Of a stretch of DNA of 64,000 nt, positions 46,474 to 56,369 are shown in pieces; within the stretch, counting starts at the first letter, position 1; every line of letters starts with the position of its first letter. The position numbers were made by a program, and so were the translations under genes. Below the pieces are notes generated by a model. That model was not told where the DNA came from. It made no database searches and saw only the letters and a list, made by a program, of their open reading frames with translations. The stretch spans positions 61,915 through 125,914 of the forward strand of contig DAIMJI010000001.1 in the NCBI GenBank assembly GCA_036722335.1. Reading direction: 5' to 3'. Source of the stretch: Synergistales bacterium. GTDB lineage: Bacteria > Synergistota > Synergistia > Synergistales > 79-D21.

Positions 46474-47316
46474 CTAATGACCTCTTAATTTTCTTAGGAG
46501 GGCCATGTTTCCCGCATCTCCAATTCCTCCCTTGGGCGTTTCGAGGATATGGGGGATATTTTCCCAACGCTCGTCGCTGAGCAACATCGAAAAGAAACGC
46601 AGCCCCAATTCCCCCTCCCCAAGGTGCTGGTGACGGTCCTTCTGGCTTCCCTTTCCGGCCTTGGAGTCGTTGAGGTGCCAGCAGCCAACTCTCTCGAGGC
46701 CGAAATGCTTTGCAAGGTACCTGACGAATTGGTCGTAGGACCCCTTTCCCCTTAACTCGTATCCCGCCGCGAAAAGGTGGCATGTGTCGAGGCAAAGCCC
46801 GACACGGGGGGTCCATTCAAGCCCCTGGAAAACGTCCTGGAAAAGGTCCAGCCTGGAGCCAAGGACGGTCCCCTGCCCGGCCATCGTTTCAAGCAATATC
46901 CGGACCTTTAGGCCGGTAGTCCTGTCGAATGCCGTACGGAGCGCTTCCCCCAGGTTCTCGATGCCTTTCTCTGGCCCTTGCCCCAGGTGCGCCCCGGGAT
47001 GCAGGACCAAATCGTCTATCCCGAGATGATCGCATCGCTCCATTTCGTCTATGAGCGCTTCCAGGCTCTTCTCTCTTTGGCTTGGCTCGCCGGCGAGGTT
47101 AATCAGGTAGGAAGCATGAGCGACGACGCGCCTTACGCAGCTTCCCCTCTGGGCTTTAAGGAAGGCAATTCCCTGGTTCGGGGAAATAGGGGGGGCCTTC
47201 CATTGCAGCTGGTTCTTGGTGAAGATCTGGATCGCCTCGCACCCATAGGCTTCCCCCCTTTCGACCGCCTTGATGATTCCCCCGGAAATGGAAACGTGAA
47301 GCCCGATCATTGACAT
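46474..47316 (-). CDS. nfo: Deoxyribonuclease IV (endonuclease IV, Nfo)
   Basis: IGLHVSISGG, VLHPGAHLG, ETMAGQG and CLDTCHLFAAGY blocks of the AP endonuclease 2 family. Confidence 0.92.
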   Translation of the reverse strand: MSMIGLHVSISGGIIKAVERGEAYGCEAIQIFTKNQLQWKAPPISPNQGIAFLKAQRGSCVRRVVAHASYLINLAGEPSQREKSLEALIDEMERCDHLGIDDLVLHPGAHLGQGPEKGIENLGEALRTAFDRTTGLKVRILLETMAGQGTVLGSRLDLFQDVFQGLEWTPRVGLCLDTCHLFAAGYELRGKGSYDQFVRYLAKHFGLERVGCWHLNDSKAGKGSQKDRHQHLGEGELGLRFFSMLLSDERWENIPHILETPKGGIGDAGNMALLRKLRGH

Positions 47317-47903
47317 GCTTTCATCCCCAGGACCGGCGCCAGGATTCGGCCTAACTGCCAGAGGATGCGGGCCGTAGCACCCCAGATACGGCAGTCGGCG
47401 GACGGTTCAAAAACCGGGAAGAGGAACTCGACGCTTCCGTGACGCGACCATTCGAGCCTCGTTGGGCGAAGGCAATCGGTCACAGGCAAGGAAAAGACCT
47501 CTTCCACTTCGTTCCCGTCAATGAGGACGCGGGGAGGTTCGGTCGAACCCGACAGGGCCAGCACCGGAAGTATCTCGAAATCGCTCGAGTAGGCGTATTC
47601 TTTTTCCAGCAGCCTGCAGGGGAAGACGCTTTGCGGGTCAACGCCAAGCTCTTCCCTCGCTTCCCTCAACGCGGTTTCCACCGGCCCCCTGTCGCCCGGT
47701 TCCCTTTTCCCCCCGGGAAAAGCAATTTCTCCGGCATGGCGGTTCAAGTGCTTAGGCCTCCGAATCAGGATGGTCCTGAGATATTCAGGTTCCCCCCATA
47801 GAAGGACCAGCACCGCGCTGCGCCTGAAACCGCTTTCGGGGAAATCATCCCAGGCCGGAAAGGGCCCCGAAAATCCCCGACACCCCAGCTTTTCCCGGAT
47901 CAT
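47307..47903 (-). CDS. Nudix hydrolase (CoA pyrophosphatase-like)
   Basis: Nudix box GGKREPGDRGPVETALREAREELGV. Confidence 0.85.
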   Translation of the reverse strand: MIREKLGCRGFSGPFPAWDDFPESGFRRSAVLVLLWGEPEYLRTILIRRPKHLNRHAGEIAFPGGKREPGDRGPVETALREAREELGVDPQSVFPCRLLEKEYAYSSDFEILPVLALSGSTEPPRVLIDGNEVEEVFSLPVTDCLRPTRLEWSRHGSVEFLFPVFEPSADCRIWGATARILWQLGRILAPVLGMKACQ

Positions 47904-47927
47904 TTCTCCCCGCCGTTCCTCAGTTCC

Positions 47928-49685
47928 TTAGCGGATCCGGACCTTGCCCTGGTAAACCAGTCCCCTGGAACCGTCGACGGTGACCATCATCCCGTCGTCA
48001 AGCATTTTCATCGCGTCTGTCGCCGAAACGACACAAGGGATTCCCATTTCGAGCGCCAGGATTGCCGCATGGCTTGTCAAACCACCCTCTTCGCAGATGA
48101 TCGCTGATGCCTGGCGGATCACATCCACGAAATCGCGGTCAGTTTGTCTTGCGACAAGCACGGCCCCCGGCTTCATCTTGCCGCGGGCCTCCGCAGCCGT
48201 CACCCCTTTGACGACAGGCCCGAAAGCTTCCTTTCTTACAAGGGAAATCCCCTTCACGACAATTCGGCCGACCGTATGGACCTTCACCATATCTGTCGTG
48301 CCGGCAATACCTGTCGGTATCCCGGAAGTCACGACGACGATGTCCCCTTCTGCTGCCAACCCCTCAGCGAGTGTTGCCAGCAGGCCGGATTCAACCATTT
48401 CCTGTTCGTCCTCGTGTTTTTTCCCGGTCAGGAGCGGGACGACGCCCCAGACCAGGGCCAGCTCCCGCCAGGTGCCGGGCTCTACGGTCACACCCGCTAT
48501 CGGGCATCCGGGCCTGTACTTGCTCACCATCCTGGCCGTGCTGCCGCTCTGGGTCAGTGAGAGGATGACCTTGGCCTGCATTTGTTCGGCAATCGTCACA
48601 GCCGCATGGCTAACTGCATCAGGAACGGTCTGGGAAGCCACAGGCGGCAGGGAAGAGGGTCTCTGCCAGACCCTGATTTCCCTTTCGGTCCTGGTGATGA
48701 TGCGGGCCATTGTTTCCACAGCCTGAACCGGATACGTTCCCTTCGCGGTCTCTCCGGAAAGCATGACCGCGTCCGCCCCGTCCAGGACTGCGTTGGCAAC
48801 ATCGTTAACCTCCGCCCTGGTTGGGCGTGGGTTCCTTATCATCGAGTCCAGCATCTGCGTCGCGACGATAACGGGTTTCCCTTGTGAACGTCCCAGGTCG
48901 ACCATCCTCTTCTGGATCAGCGGCACTTCCTCTGCAGGCAGCTCAACACCAAGGTCACCACGGGCAACCATCAGGCCGTCGACCACATCGACGATCTCAT
49001 CAAGCGAAGCGACCGCTTCGCTTGTCTCGATCTTCGCGATGATCTTCATGGCCCCTCCCAGCTCTTCCATGACCCTGCGGACTTCCATGATGTCATCCCG
49101 GCTCCGGACAAAAGAAACGGCGATATAGTCAAGCCCGTTGTCCAGCCCCCAGCGGATGTCCTCCCGGTCCTTCCTGGTCAGGGTCGGGATCTTCAGCTTC
49201 GCCCCGGGTATGCTGACGCCTTTCCTCTCTCCCAGTTCGCCCCCGACCAAAACCCTCATCAAGAGACTTGTCCCCTGAACCTCCAGGACCTTTAGCTGGA
49301 GCGTCCCATCATCGATGAACACGTCCTGGCCCGGCTCAAGTTCCGAACAGATCCCTGGATGGCTAATGCTCACCTGTTTTTCGTCCCCTTCAATCTCTTC
49401 CGAGACGAAGGAGAAGGCCGCGCCCTGGACAAGCTTTACCGGCCTGCCCTCTTTCAAGGTGCCCGTGCGAATTTCCGGGCCTTTCGTATCCAGCACGGTC
49501 GCCAGTGGGACTCCGAGCTGTTTTTCGACCGCCCTGATGTTTTCAAGGTTCTTTCCGTGGCTTTCATAGGAACCGTGGCTGAAATTCAACCGGGCGACAT
49601 TCATCCCCGCTTTGACCATTTCCGCCAGGATTTCTCTCGACCCGCAGGCAGGGCCAAGCGTGCAGACGATCTTAACCTTTTTCAT
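47928..49685 (-). CDS. pyk: Pyruvate kinase with C-terminal PEP-utilising-enzyme mobile domain
   Basis: KIVCTLGPA, MNVARLNFSHG and MVARGDLGVE motifs. The C-terminal roughly 100 aa contain GGLTSHAAILALEMGIPCVV. Confidence 0.96.
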   Translation of the reverse strand: MKKVKIVCTLGPACGSREILAEMVKAGMNVARLNFSHGSYESHGKNLENIRAVEKQLGVPLATVLDTKGPEIRTGTLKEGRPVKLVQGAAFSFVSEEIEGDEKQVSISHPGICSELEPGQDVFIDDGTLQLKVLEVQGTSLLMRVLVGGELGERKGVSIPGAKLKIPTLTRKDREDIRWGLDNGLDYIAVSFVRSRDDIMEVRRVMEELGGAMKIIAKIETSEAVASLDEIVDVVDGLMVARGDLGVELPAEEVPLIQKRMVDLGRSQGKPVIVATQMLDSMIRNPRPTRAEVNDVANAVLDGADAVMLSGETAKGTYPVQAVETMARIITRTEREIRVWQRPSSLPPVASQTVPDAVSHAAVTIAEQMQAKVILSLTQSGSTARMVSKYRPGCPIAGVTVEPGTWRELALVWGVVPLLTGKKHEDEQEMVESGLLATLAEGLAAEGDIVVVTSGIPTGIAGTTDMVKVHTVGRIVVKGISLVRKEAFGPVVKGVTAAEARGKMKPGAVLVARQTDRDFVDVIRQASAIICEEGGLTSHAAILALEMGIPCVVSATDAMKMLDDGMMVTVDGSRGLVYQGKVRIR

Positions 49686-49932
49686 TTTGTGACCTCCCGC
49701 AAAGAATCTTCCCGTGTTTTGTGTAAACCTCCGCCATGCCCCTGATTTTCATGGCGGACGTATGCTCTGTGAATTGGGAAATCCACAATTCTCCAGCATC
49801 CAGTTTTTCTGTATGGCTGAACTTGGTTTCCTGGCCCCGGGTCAACCCTATCACCGTCACCCCGTTTTCCAGTGCCCGAACCACGATGTAGTCGCTCAGG
49901 ACGGAACACACCTCACCAGGTTCTTCTCTCAT
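49672..49932 (-). CDS. mtrB: trp RNA-binding attenuation protein (TRAP, MtrB) homolog
   Basis: The 86-aa ORF reads [62 protein letters not shown]. It aligns by eye, without gaps, to B. subtilis MtrB as I recall it: [62 protein letters not shown]. The 3' end overlaps the pyk start by 14 nt. Confidence 0.85.
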   Translation of the reverse strand: [86 protein letters not shown]

Positions 49933-49955
49933 GACTACCCCTCCCCTTCGAGGAA

Positions 49956-52900
49956 CTAGAGGATCACTTCAACAGCCCCTCCCGACAATTCAGCCAGCCT
50001 GTCCGAGAGGGAAGTCTCCGGTTTTACCCTGATATCCCTGAGACGGACGACCGCGGTCGAGGCTTCGTCCACATACTCGACAAGAACGGGACACGATCCC
50101 GGATGCCCTTTCAATTCCCTGCACATGGCCTTGAAAGGCAAATCGCAATCCTTTGCACGCAGTCTTATCCTGACGAAAGGATCCTGCCGGGAATCGATTT
50201 CGGCAAGGGGGATGATCTCCTCCGCTATGAGGGTCACACCTCCACGATCCTGGACTTTTCCTCGGGCGAAAAACACCTTGCCCGGGTCGAGGATTCCTTT
50301 TACGGCCGGCCAGCTCTTCGGGAAACACACGACCTCAACCTTGGACTCCGTGTCTTCGAACTCAAGGATCCCCATGAGGTCGCCCCGCTTGGTCGTTTTT
50401 TCCCTAAAGCCGAGAAGAAGCCCTCCGATGATCGCCGGCGTCTCCGCAGCCTTCCAGAAAGAAAGGTCCGAAATCCTGCAGGTCGTAAACCTTGAAATTC
50501 GCTCCTCTTCCCGTTCGAGCGGGTGTCCCGATATGAAAAGACCCAGAACTTCCTTTTCCAGGTCGAGAAGTTCGAGAAGGGAAAAATCCTCGCTGGGATC
50601 TAGCCTGGGCTCCTCTTCCGGCAGGTCGTCCACGAGAGCCAGGAGTGAGCGTTGCGCGCCTTCACATTGTTTCTTCTGCGCCCGGTCCACAAGCATGGGG
50701 AGGTTTTCGAGAAGCTGTCTCCTGTTCGGATGAAGGCTGTCGAAGGCTGCTGACTTCACAAGGTTCTCGAGGACCCCCCTGTTCACGGTCCTGAGGTCAA
50801 CCTTGTTCAGGAAATCCCAGAGGGATTGGAAGGTCCCCTTTGACTGGCGGGCTTTCAGTATTGCCTCTACTGCGGTTTCTCCCGCCTTTGCCACCGCTTT
50901 CAAACCGAAGCGTATCACCTTCCCCACCGCGGAGAAAGAGGCGCCCGACTCGTTGACATCCGGCGGCAGCACCTGAGTCCCGGCATTCCGGACCTCCCTG
51001 ACGTACCGGGCTAGGACGTCCATCCTGGATCCGATCTGGCTTGACAGGAACGCGGCAAGGAACTCGGCCTTGTAATGAGCTTTCAGGTAGGCGGTCTGGT
51101 AGCTGATAAGGGCGTATGCCGCGCTGTGGGATTTGTTGAAGCCATAGCCGGCGAACTCCTGGATAAGGTCGAAAATCGATTCGGCGGTGGACTCTTCCAC
51201 TCCGTTATTCAGGCAACCCTCTACGAATTTTTTCCGTTGCTGCTCCATAACTTCCACTTTTTTCTTGCCCATCGCCCGCCTTAGGAGATCGGCTTCGCCG
51301 AGCGAGAACCCTCCCAGGGTCGCTGCTATTTGCATGACCTGCTCCTGGTAAAGGACCACCCCGTAAGTCTCCCTGAGGCATGGCTCCAGGGAAGGATGGG
51401 GATAAACCACTTCGGAGCGGCCATGCTTGCAGTTGATGAACTGGTCCACCATTCCGCTTCCCAGTGGGCCGGGACGGTAAAGAGCCAGGATAGCCACGAG
51501 ATCCTCGAACGAATCCGGCACCATCCGCTTCAGGAGTTGCCTCATCCCCGGCGATTCGAGCTGGAACACCCCCAGGGTATCTGCCCCCTGGAGGAGGCCA
51601 AATGTAAGTGGATCACCGAGCGGAATTGCGTTTATGTCCGGGACTTCCTTCCCGTTAAGCCTGATGTTCTCCAGCGTGTCTTCTATCATCGAAAGGGTCC
51701 TGAGGCCAAGGAAATCCATCTTTACCAGCCCAAGTTTTTCGATCGCTTCCATTCCGAACTGCGTGACGACCTGCCCATCCCCTATTTTCCTGACCGGGAC
51801 GAGCTCCGTCACCTCCACGGGTGAGATCACGACACCTGCCGCGTGCTGGGAACAATGCCTGGCGAGCCCCTCGATGCTCCCCGCCACCTCCAGGAGGTTC
51901 CTGATGGCCGGTTCCTTTTTCCGGAACTCGGCGAGGTCCGGGGAAGCCTCGATGGCTTCATGAATACTCGCGGCCCCTTCCGGCACGCTCTTGGCCACCC
52001 GGTTCACGTCCGCGAGGGGAACTCCCAGGGCCCTTCCCACATCGCGGATCGCCCCCTTGCTCTTCATCCGGTCGAACGTGATGATCTGGGCTACATGGGT
52101 ACGCCCGTATTTTTCGACGACGTATTCCAGGACTTCATCGCGCCTCTTGTCCGAGATATCCGTATCGATATCGGGCATGCTTATCCGCTCCGGGTTGAGG
52201 AAGCGCTCGAAAAGCAGGTGGTAGCGAATAGGATCGAGTTCGGTAATCCGAAGCGCCCAGGCCGCGAGCGACCCCGCGGCGGAACCCCGGCCGGGTCCAA
52301 CGGGAATGCCGCGTGATTTCGCCGCCCGTATGAAATCGGAAACCACCAGGAAGTACCCGGAAAACCCCATCTTCCTGATGACGCCTAGCTCATAGGCCAT
52401 CCTTTCGCGGTATTCGCCTGGGACGGACCCGTTCATCCTCTCTTCCAGGCCCTCCCATGCCAACTTCTCAAGGTAACTCTCCAGGTTCTCTCCCTCGGGG
52501 ACCTCGTAACGGGGAAGACGGTAGACGTTGAAATCCAGCTTCACATCGCATTTTTCGGCAACCTCGACCGTGTTGGTGAGGGCCTCGGGAAGCTCTCGGC
52601 CGAAAAGGGTCCACATTTCGGAAGGGGAGCGCAAATAAAAGTCTGAAGAACCGAACCGATACCGGTTGGGTTCGTCCACGGTCGCGTTCGTCTGGACACA
52701 AAGAAGCACGTCGTGCCAGGAAGCGTCGGATGCATTCAGGTAATGGGCATCGTTCGTCGCAACAAGAGGAATCCCTGTCCTTCTTGAAATCCTGATAATT
52801 CCCTTGTTCACCAGTGCCTGCTCGGGCAAGGCGTTATGCATGATTTCGAGGTAGAAATTCCCCTTGCCCATAATGTCCTGGTACAGGGTCGCCCGCTCTT

Positions 52901-53363
52901 CCGCTCCTTTTTCGTTGCCTTCGAGTATCATCGAAGGGATTTCACCCGCAAGGCAGGCGGAAGATGCGATCAACCCCTTCGAATAACGCGCAAGGAGATC
53001 ATGATCGATACGGGGCTTGTAGTAGAAACCCTCCGTGTTTGCGATCGAGACCAGTTTGACGAGGTTGTGGTAACCTTCAAGGTCACGTGCCAGCAGGACA
53101 AGGTGATTGTTTCCCCCCTTCCTGTCCCTGCAGGTATGTCCGAGCGGATCGATATAGGTTTCGCACCCAAGCAGGGGTTTGACACCGGCAGAAAGGCACT
53201 TTTCATAGAATTCCACGATGCCGTACATGGCCCCATGATCCGTAAGGGCCACGGCGGGTGATCCCCACTCAGCCGCCTTGGCGGCCAGCGCCGAGCAACG
53301 GATGGCTCCGTCGAGAAGGCTGTACTCGCTGTGGACGTGAAGGTGGACAAAAGGTTCCGTCAC
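49956..53363 (-). CDS. dnaE: DNA polymerase III subunit alpha DnaE
   Basis: 1135 aa with an N-terminal PHP domain (FVHLHVHSEYSLLDGA), polymerase core blocks (PDIDTDI, GLVKMDFLGL, FNKSHSAAYA) and a C-terminal OB fold. Confidence 0.97.
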   Translation of the reverse strand: MTEPFVHLHVHSEYSLLDGAIRCSALAAKAAEWGSPAVALTDHGAMYGIVEFYEKCLSAGVKPLLGCETYIDPLGHTCRDRKGGNNHLVLLARDLEGYHNLVKLVSIANTEGFYYKPRIDHDLLARYSKGLIASSACLAGEIPSMILEGNEKGAEERATLYQDIMGKGNFYLEIMHNALPEQALVNKGIIRISRRTGIPLVATNDAHYLNASDASWHDVLLCVQTNATVDEPNRYRFGSSDFYLRSPSEMWTLFGRELPEALTNTVEVAEKCDVKLDFNVYRLPRYEVPEGENLESYLEKLAWEGLEERMNGSVPGEYRERMAYELGVIRKMGFSGYFLVVSDFIRAAKSRGIPVGPGRGSAAGSLAAWALRITELDPIRYHLLFERFLNPERISMPDIDTDISDKRRDEVLEYVVEKYGRTHVAQIITFDRMKSKGAIRDVGRALGVPLADVNRVAKSVPEGAASIHEAIEASPDLAEFRKKEPAIRNLLEVAGSIEGLARHCSQHAAGVVISPVEVTELVPVRKIGDGQVVTQFGMEAIEKLGLVKMDFLGLRTLSMIEDTLENIRLNGKEVPDINAIPLGDPLTFGLLQGADTLGVFQLESPGMRQLLKRMVPDSFEDLVAILALYRPGPLGSGMVDQFINCKHGRSEVVYPHPSLEPCLRETYGVVLYQEQVMQIAATLGGFSLGEADLLRRAMGKKKVEVMEQQRKKFVEGCLNNGVEESTAESIFDLIQEFAGYGFNKSHSAAYALISYQTAYLKAHYKAEFLAAFLSSQIGSRMDVLARYVREVRNAGTQVLPPDVNESGASFSAVGKVIRFGLKAVAKAGETAVEAILKARQSKGTFQSLWDFLNKVDLRTVNRGVLENLVKSAAFDSLHPNRRQLLENLPMLVDRAQKKQCEGAQRSLLALVDDLPEEEPRLDPSEDFSLLELLDLEKEVLGLFISGHPLEREEERISRFTTCRISDLSFWKAAETPAIIGGLLLGFREKTTKRGDLMGILEFEDTESKVEVVCFPKSWPAVKGILDPGKVFFARGKVQDRGGVTLIAEEIIPLAEIDSRQDPFVRIRLRAKDCDLPFKAMCRELKGHPGSCPVLVEYVDEASTAVVRLRDIRVKPETSLSDRLAELSGGAVEVIL

Positions 53364-55144
53364 TCCGCAGCGCTCCCTTCCTCGAAGCTTCCGGAACCGC
53401 CCTCCCGCTCATCCTGCCGAACGAGAAGGACTTCCCCCCCAAACCACCCTATCATTTCATCCAGCGGAGAAGCGGTCGTCTCGGCATCCTGCCCCTTCGC
53501 TTCTTCCTGGTGGTGAGTTTCATCCCGTTTTTCTTTCCCGGCCTTTCCTGAAATGTTCCTCCGTCGCTCCCACGGGGCAGCGCCCGTGGGCTCCTTCGAG
53601 GGACCAGGCTCAATGATGGCCGCGCTTTCGGCCCGGATGCACTCGTCCTTCCAGCAAAACGTTACCGGAAGAAGGCCCAGCGCCTCTTCCTTCAGTGAAG
53701 TGAACCTCTTAAGGTTCCTTTCGAGGCGGATCAGCTCGAAGCCGACCCTGTCCTTCTCCCTGAAATCAACGATGATCCCGCCTTCCCCCTCACGAACCCG
53801 GGCACCGGAAAGAGCTGCGGCCACTTGCCGGTCCGCGGGATTCGCGCTTTCCAGCAGCCCGGACCAGAAACGAACCAAAGAATCGGCATCGACCGGGACC
53901 TTCATGCCTTCTTCGGTCTTGGGCAAGGCCTGGCAAGGAGTAGGGCTCTTTTCCTCGCGGGGGAGAGGATGCGTCCCATCCGTGGAAAGCGATGGCCTTT
54001 CAACCATGGGCCTATGCCGCCTCTCGCCGATCCCCGTGGATAGTCCCTGCAAGAGAAGTCCGGCCAAGACATCCGTCCTGATCCCCCACCTCAATCTTCC
54101 CAGCATCCTGGAGAGGTTTTCCAGGCAAGATCGCAGCCCCTCGGAAGACCAGAAAGGGGATTCCTCAAGAAGGAACTCCTTTTCTTCGGCGGAAAGCTCG
54201 ATACCCTCGAGAGTCTTCTCACCCCACGCGTTAAGGATCCAGAGATCGCGAAAAATCATGAACAGGCTCTCGACAAGCCTCTCCACCGAGGCTCCCCTGT
54301 GCAAAGATTCCATCAGGATCCCGATGGCCTCCTCAGGGTTCGACCTGACGCCCCTGACGAAGGTCTCCATTTCGGCACGGCTGCCTCCGCCTACGAGCGT
54401 GCGAACCGACTCCACCGTGACAGAGCCCGCCCCGACAGGGATAGCCTGCTCGAGTAGAGAAAGCGCATCCCTCATCGCTCCATCCGCCTGCCTGGCCAAT
54501 TCCCAGAGGGCCGCCTCCTCGGAAGGAATTTCCTCCTTCTCGCACACGAGGGCCAGTCGTGACGCGATGTCCTTCCCCGGAATCCGCCTGAACGGAATGT
54601 GCTGGCAGCGCGAACGTATAGTGACCGGCACCTTCTGGGGCTCTGTAGTCGCAAGGATGAAAACCGCATGCGATGGCGGCTCCTCCAAAGTCTTGAGAAG
54701 CGCGTTAAAAGCAGGCTCAGTCAACATATGGACTTCGTCTACGATGTAAACCTTCCTCCGAGAGGAGAACGGCGCGAGAGACACATGCGCCTTGAGTTCG
54801 CGGACCTCGTCAATACCCCGGTTGGAAGCGCCGTCTATCTCAACGACGTCGAGGCTTTCCCCGGCTGTGATCGCCCTGCAGCTTGGGCAGCCGCCGCAGG
54901 GTTCGGCTCCCGTCCGTTCATCCGTGCAGTTCAAGGCCTTGGAAAGGATCCTGGCCAGCGATGTCTTGCCGCAACCTCTCGGCCCCGAGAAAAGGTAGGC
55001 ATGAACCGTTTTCCCCCCTTCAATCGAGTGAAGGAGAACGGTGACCGCGGCTTCCTGCCCGACCACTTCCTCGAACCGAAGCGGCCTGTAGCGCCGGTAT
55101 AAGGACACATAACGGCCCTGTGAGGACAAAATCTCGTTGTTCAT
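53360..55144 (-). CDS. dnaX: DNA polymerase III subunits gamma/tau DnaX
   Basis: YRRYRPLRFEEVVGQ, Walker A GPRGCGKTS, a zinc module CGGCPSC, and the SRC motif TIRSRCQ. The C-terminal half is long and low-complexity (tau). Confidence 0.95.
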   Translation of the reverse strand: MNNEILSSQGRYVSLYRRYRPLRFEEVVGQEAAVTVLLHSIEGGKTVHAYLFSGPRGCGKTSLARILSKALNCTDERTGAEPCGGCPSCRAITAGESLDVVEIDGASNRGIDEVRELKAHVSLAPFSSRRKVYIVDEVHMLTEPAFNALLKTLEEPPSHAVFILATTEPQKVPVTIRSRCQHIPFRRIPGKDIASRLALVCEKEEIPSEEAALWELARQADGAMRDALSLLEQAIPVGAGSVTVESVRTLVGGGSRAEMETFVRGVRSNPEEAIGILMESLHRGASVERLVESLFMIFRDLWILNAWGEKTLEGIELSAEEKEFLLEESPFWSSEGLRSCLENLSRMLGRLRWGIRTDVLAGLLLQGLSTGIGERRHRPMVERPSLSTDGTHPLPREEKSPTPCQALPKTEEGMKVPVDADSLVRFWSGLLESANPADRQVAAALSGARVREGEGGIIVDFREKDRVGFELIRLERNLKRFTSLKEEALGLLPVTFCWKDECIRAESAAIIEPGPSKEPTGAAPWERRRNISGKAGKEKRDETHHQEEAKGQDAETTASPLDEMIGWFGGEVLLVRQDEREGGSGSFEEGSAAE

Positions 55145-55162
55145 CCCGGGATGGCCCCTTTC

Positions 55163-56263
55163 CTAAAGGAGATAATGCCCCATCGGGTGCGTGCGTTTGG
55201 CATCGATAATGGCTTTCCGCAGGTTTCCGGCGAGTTCTTCGAGGGGACCCATCCCGTCCGGCAGGTCACGCCCTCTCACGATGACCTGCGGACCGACCCG
55301 AACGGACACGTCCCCTGCTTCCCGGAAAAGAGCGATGTCGTTCGGCAGGAGTTCCATCTGCAGGGACTGATCCAGTTTTCGCCTTATTCCCTCCAGGAAC
55401 GACCGTGTCCCGTCATTCCTTTGCCCGCTCCAGGCGGGTTTTCCGTCAACCGTCAGGAGAAGCAGGGAACCCGATTCAGCGACAGCCGTCCTGAGCAGGT
55501 GAAGCGGTTCCTTCCTGTTGAGGGGCCATCCCGAATCCTTGATCTTCCTGATCAGGTAGTCGATCCTCTCGGGCAGGTCGGGGTGGTCCATGAACACGCC
55601 CGGATCGACGTATGGATGCTTGAGGCGCTCCTCCGCAAGCCTTTCCATAACCGTAACGGCAGAAGCAACCGGGAACCCGGTGTCATGGAGGATTTCCAGC
55701 GCCCCATAGTCGGCTTCCTTTTCGAGGTCGCGGCTATAGGCGTTCAGGACTGCTACCTGTACAACATTCGCCATGATCACCGCCGCAGCCTCTCCCTTGC
55801 TCGCAACGGCGACCGCAAGGGCAATGAGGGACAGGCGCTCGTTTCGTGCGGATTGGATCATGACGTGTTTCTTCTCTGCATGGACCATCTCGTGGGCCAT
55901 GATCGCGGCTAACTCGGCATCGCTCTTTGCAAATTGGATCATACCGGTAGTGAAATAAATAAAACCTCCGGGCAGCGAAAAAGCGTTTGGCTGGTCATCC
56001 TCAATCAACCTGACCTCGTACTCGAGGGGCCTCTTCGCCTCCGGAAGAATGCGTTGCAGGATGGCTTGCAGGCGTGCGACCCGGACAGGATCCGCCACTC
56101 TCTGCCACTTCTCCTCGACCTGCTCGCAGACTTTCTTCCCCAAGGCAATCTCTTTTTCGTCTTCCTTTGAGGGAGTCCCTGCGAAAGCCGGAGGAAACGG
56201 AAGGACAGAAAAAAAGAGAAAAGAAATCGCCAAAAAGGCCCGTACCTTTTTGCGCAAAGTCAT
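55163..56263 (-). CDS. M48-family zinc metalloprotease, secreted or membrane-associated
   Basis: HEMVHAEKKH (HExxH) motif. ATG 56263 gives a signal-peptide-like N-terminus (MTLRKKVRAFLAISFLFFSVLPFPPAFA). The track start at 56326 adds 21 residues. Confidence 0.82.
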   Translation of the reverse strand: MTLRKKVRAFLAISFLFFSVLPFPPAFAGTPSKEDEKEIALGKKVCEQVEEKWQRVADPVRVARLQAILQRILPEAKRPLEYEVRLIEDDQPNAFSLPGGFIYFTTGMIQFAKSDAELAAIMAHEMVHAEKKHVMIQSARNERLSLIALAVAVASKGEAAAVIMANVVQVAVLNAYSRDLEKEADYGALEILHDTGFPVASAVTVMERLAEERLKHPYVDPGVFMDHPDLPERIDYLIRKIKDSGWPLNRKEPLHLLRTAVAESGSLLLLTVDGKPAWSGQRNDGTRSFLEGIRRKLDQSLQMELLPNDIALFREAGDVSVRVGPQVIVRGRDLPDGMGPLEELAGNLRKAIIDAKRTHPMGHYLL

Positions 56264-56369
56264 GCCTCCTTCCCGGTCATCCTCCAGGGAAAGGACTTTC
56301 ATTCCGGGGCTCGGGAACAAGCCCATTTTACCATCAGGTGAAACGCCCTTATGCTGGCGTAGCCAGCCT

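Noticed and set aside
49912-49959. Possible TRAP autoregulatory site: AAG-GG-GAG-GGG-UAG-UCAU-GAG around the mtrB SD and start codon
   Set aside because: There are only about four suitably spaced triplets, one of which is the dnaE stop codon. Known TRAP sites have 9-11 triplets. The purine richness is explained by the SD.
53553-54749. 398-aa plus-strand ORF antisense to dnaX, and similar long antisense ORFs (e.g. 1457..2200, 11236..11880, 12994..13710, 33650..34552, 47980..48726, 22130..22921)
   Set aside because: These are S/R/P/A-rich, low-complexity translations lying exactly opposite well-supported conserved genes. That is typical of stop-codon-poor shadow frames in GC-rich DNA. None has a recognisable motif or RBS.
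53360-55144. Programmed -1 frameshift site (A AAA AAG type) in dnaX for gamma/tau production
   Set aside because: I saw no A-rich slippery heptamer when reading the gene. The scan was by eye and is not exhaustive.
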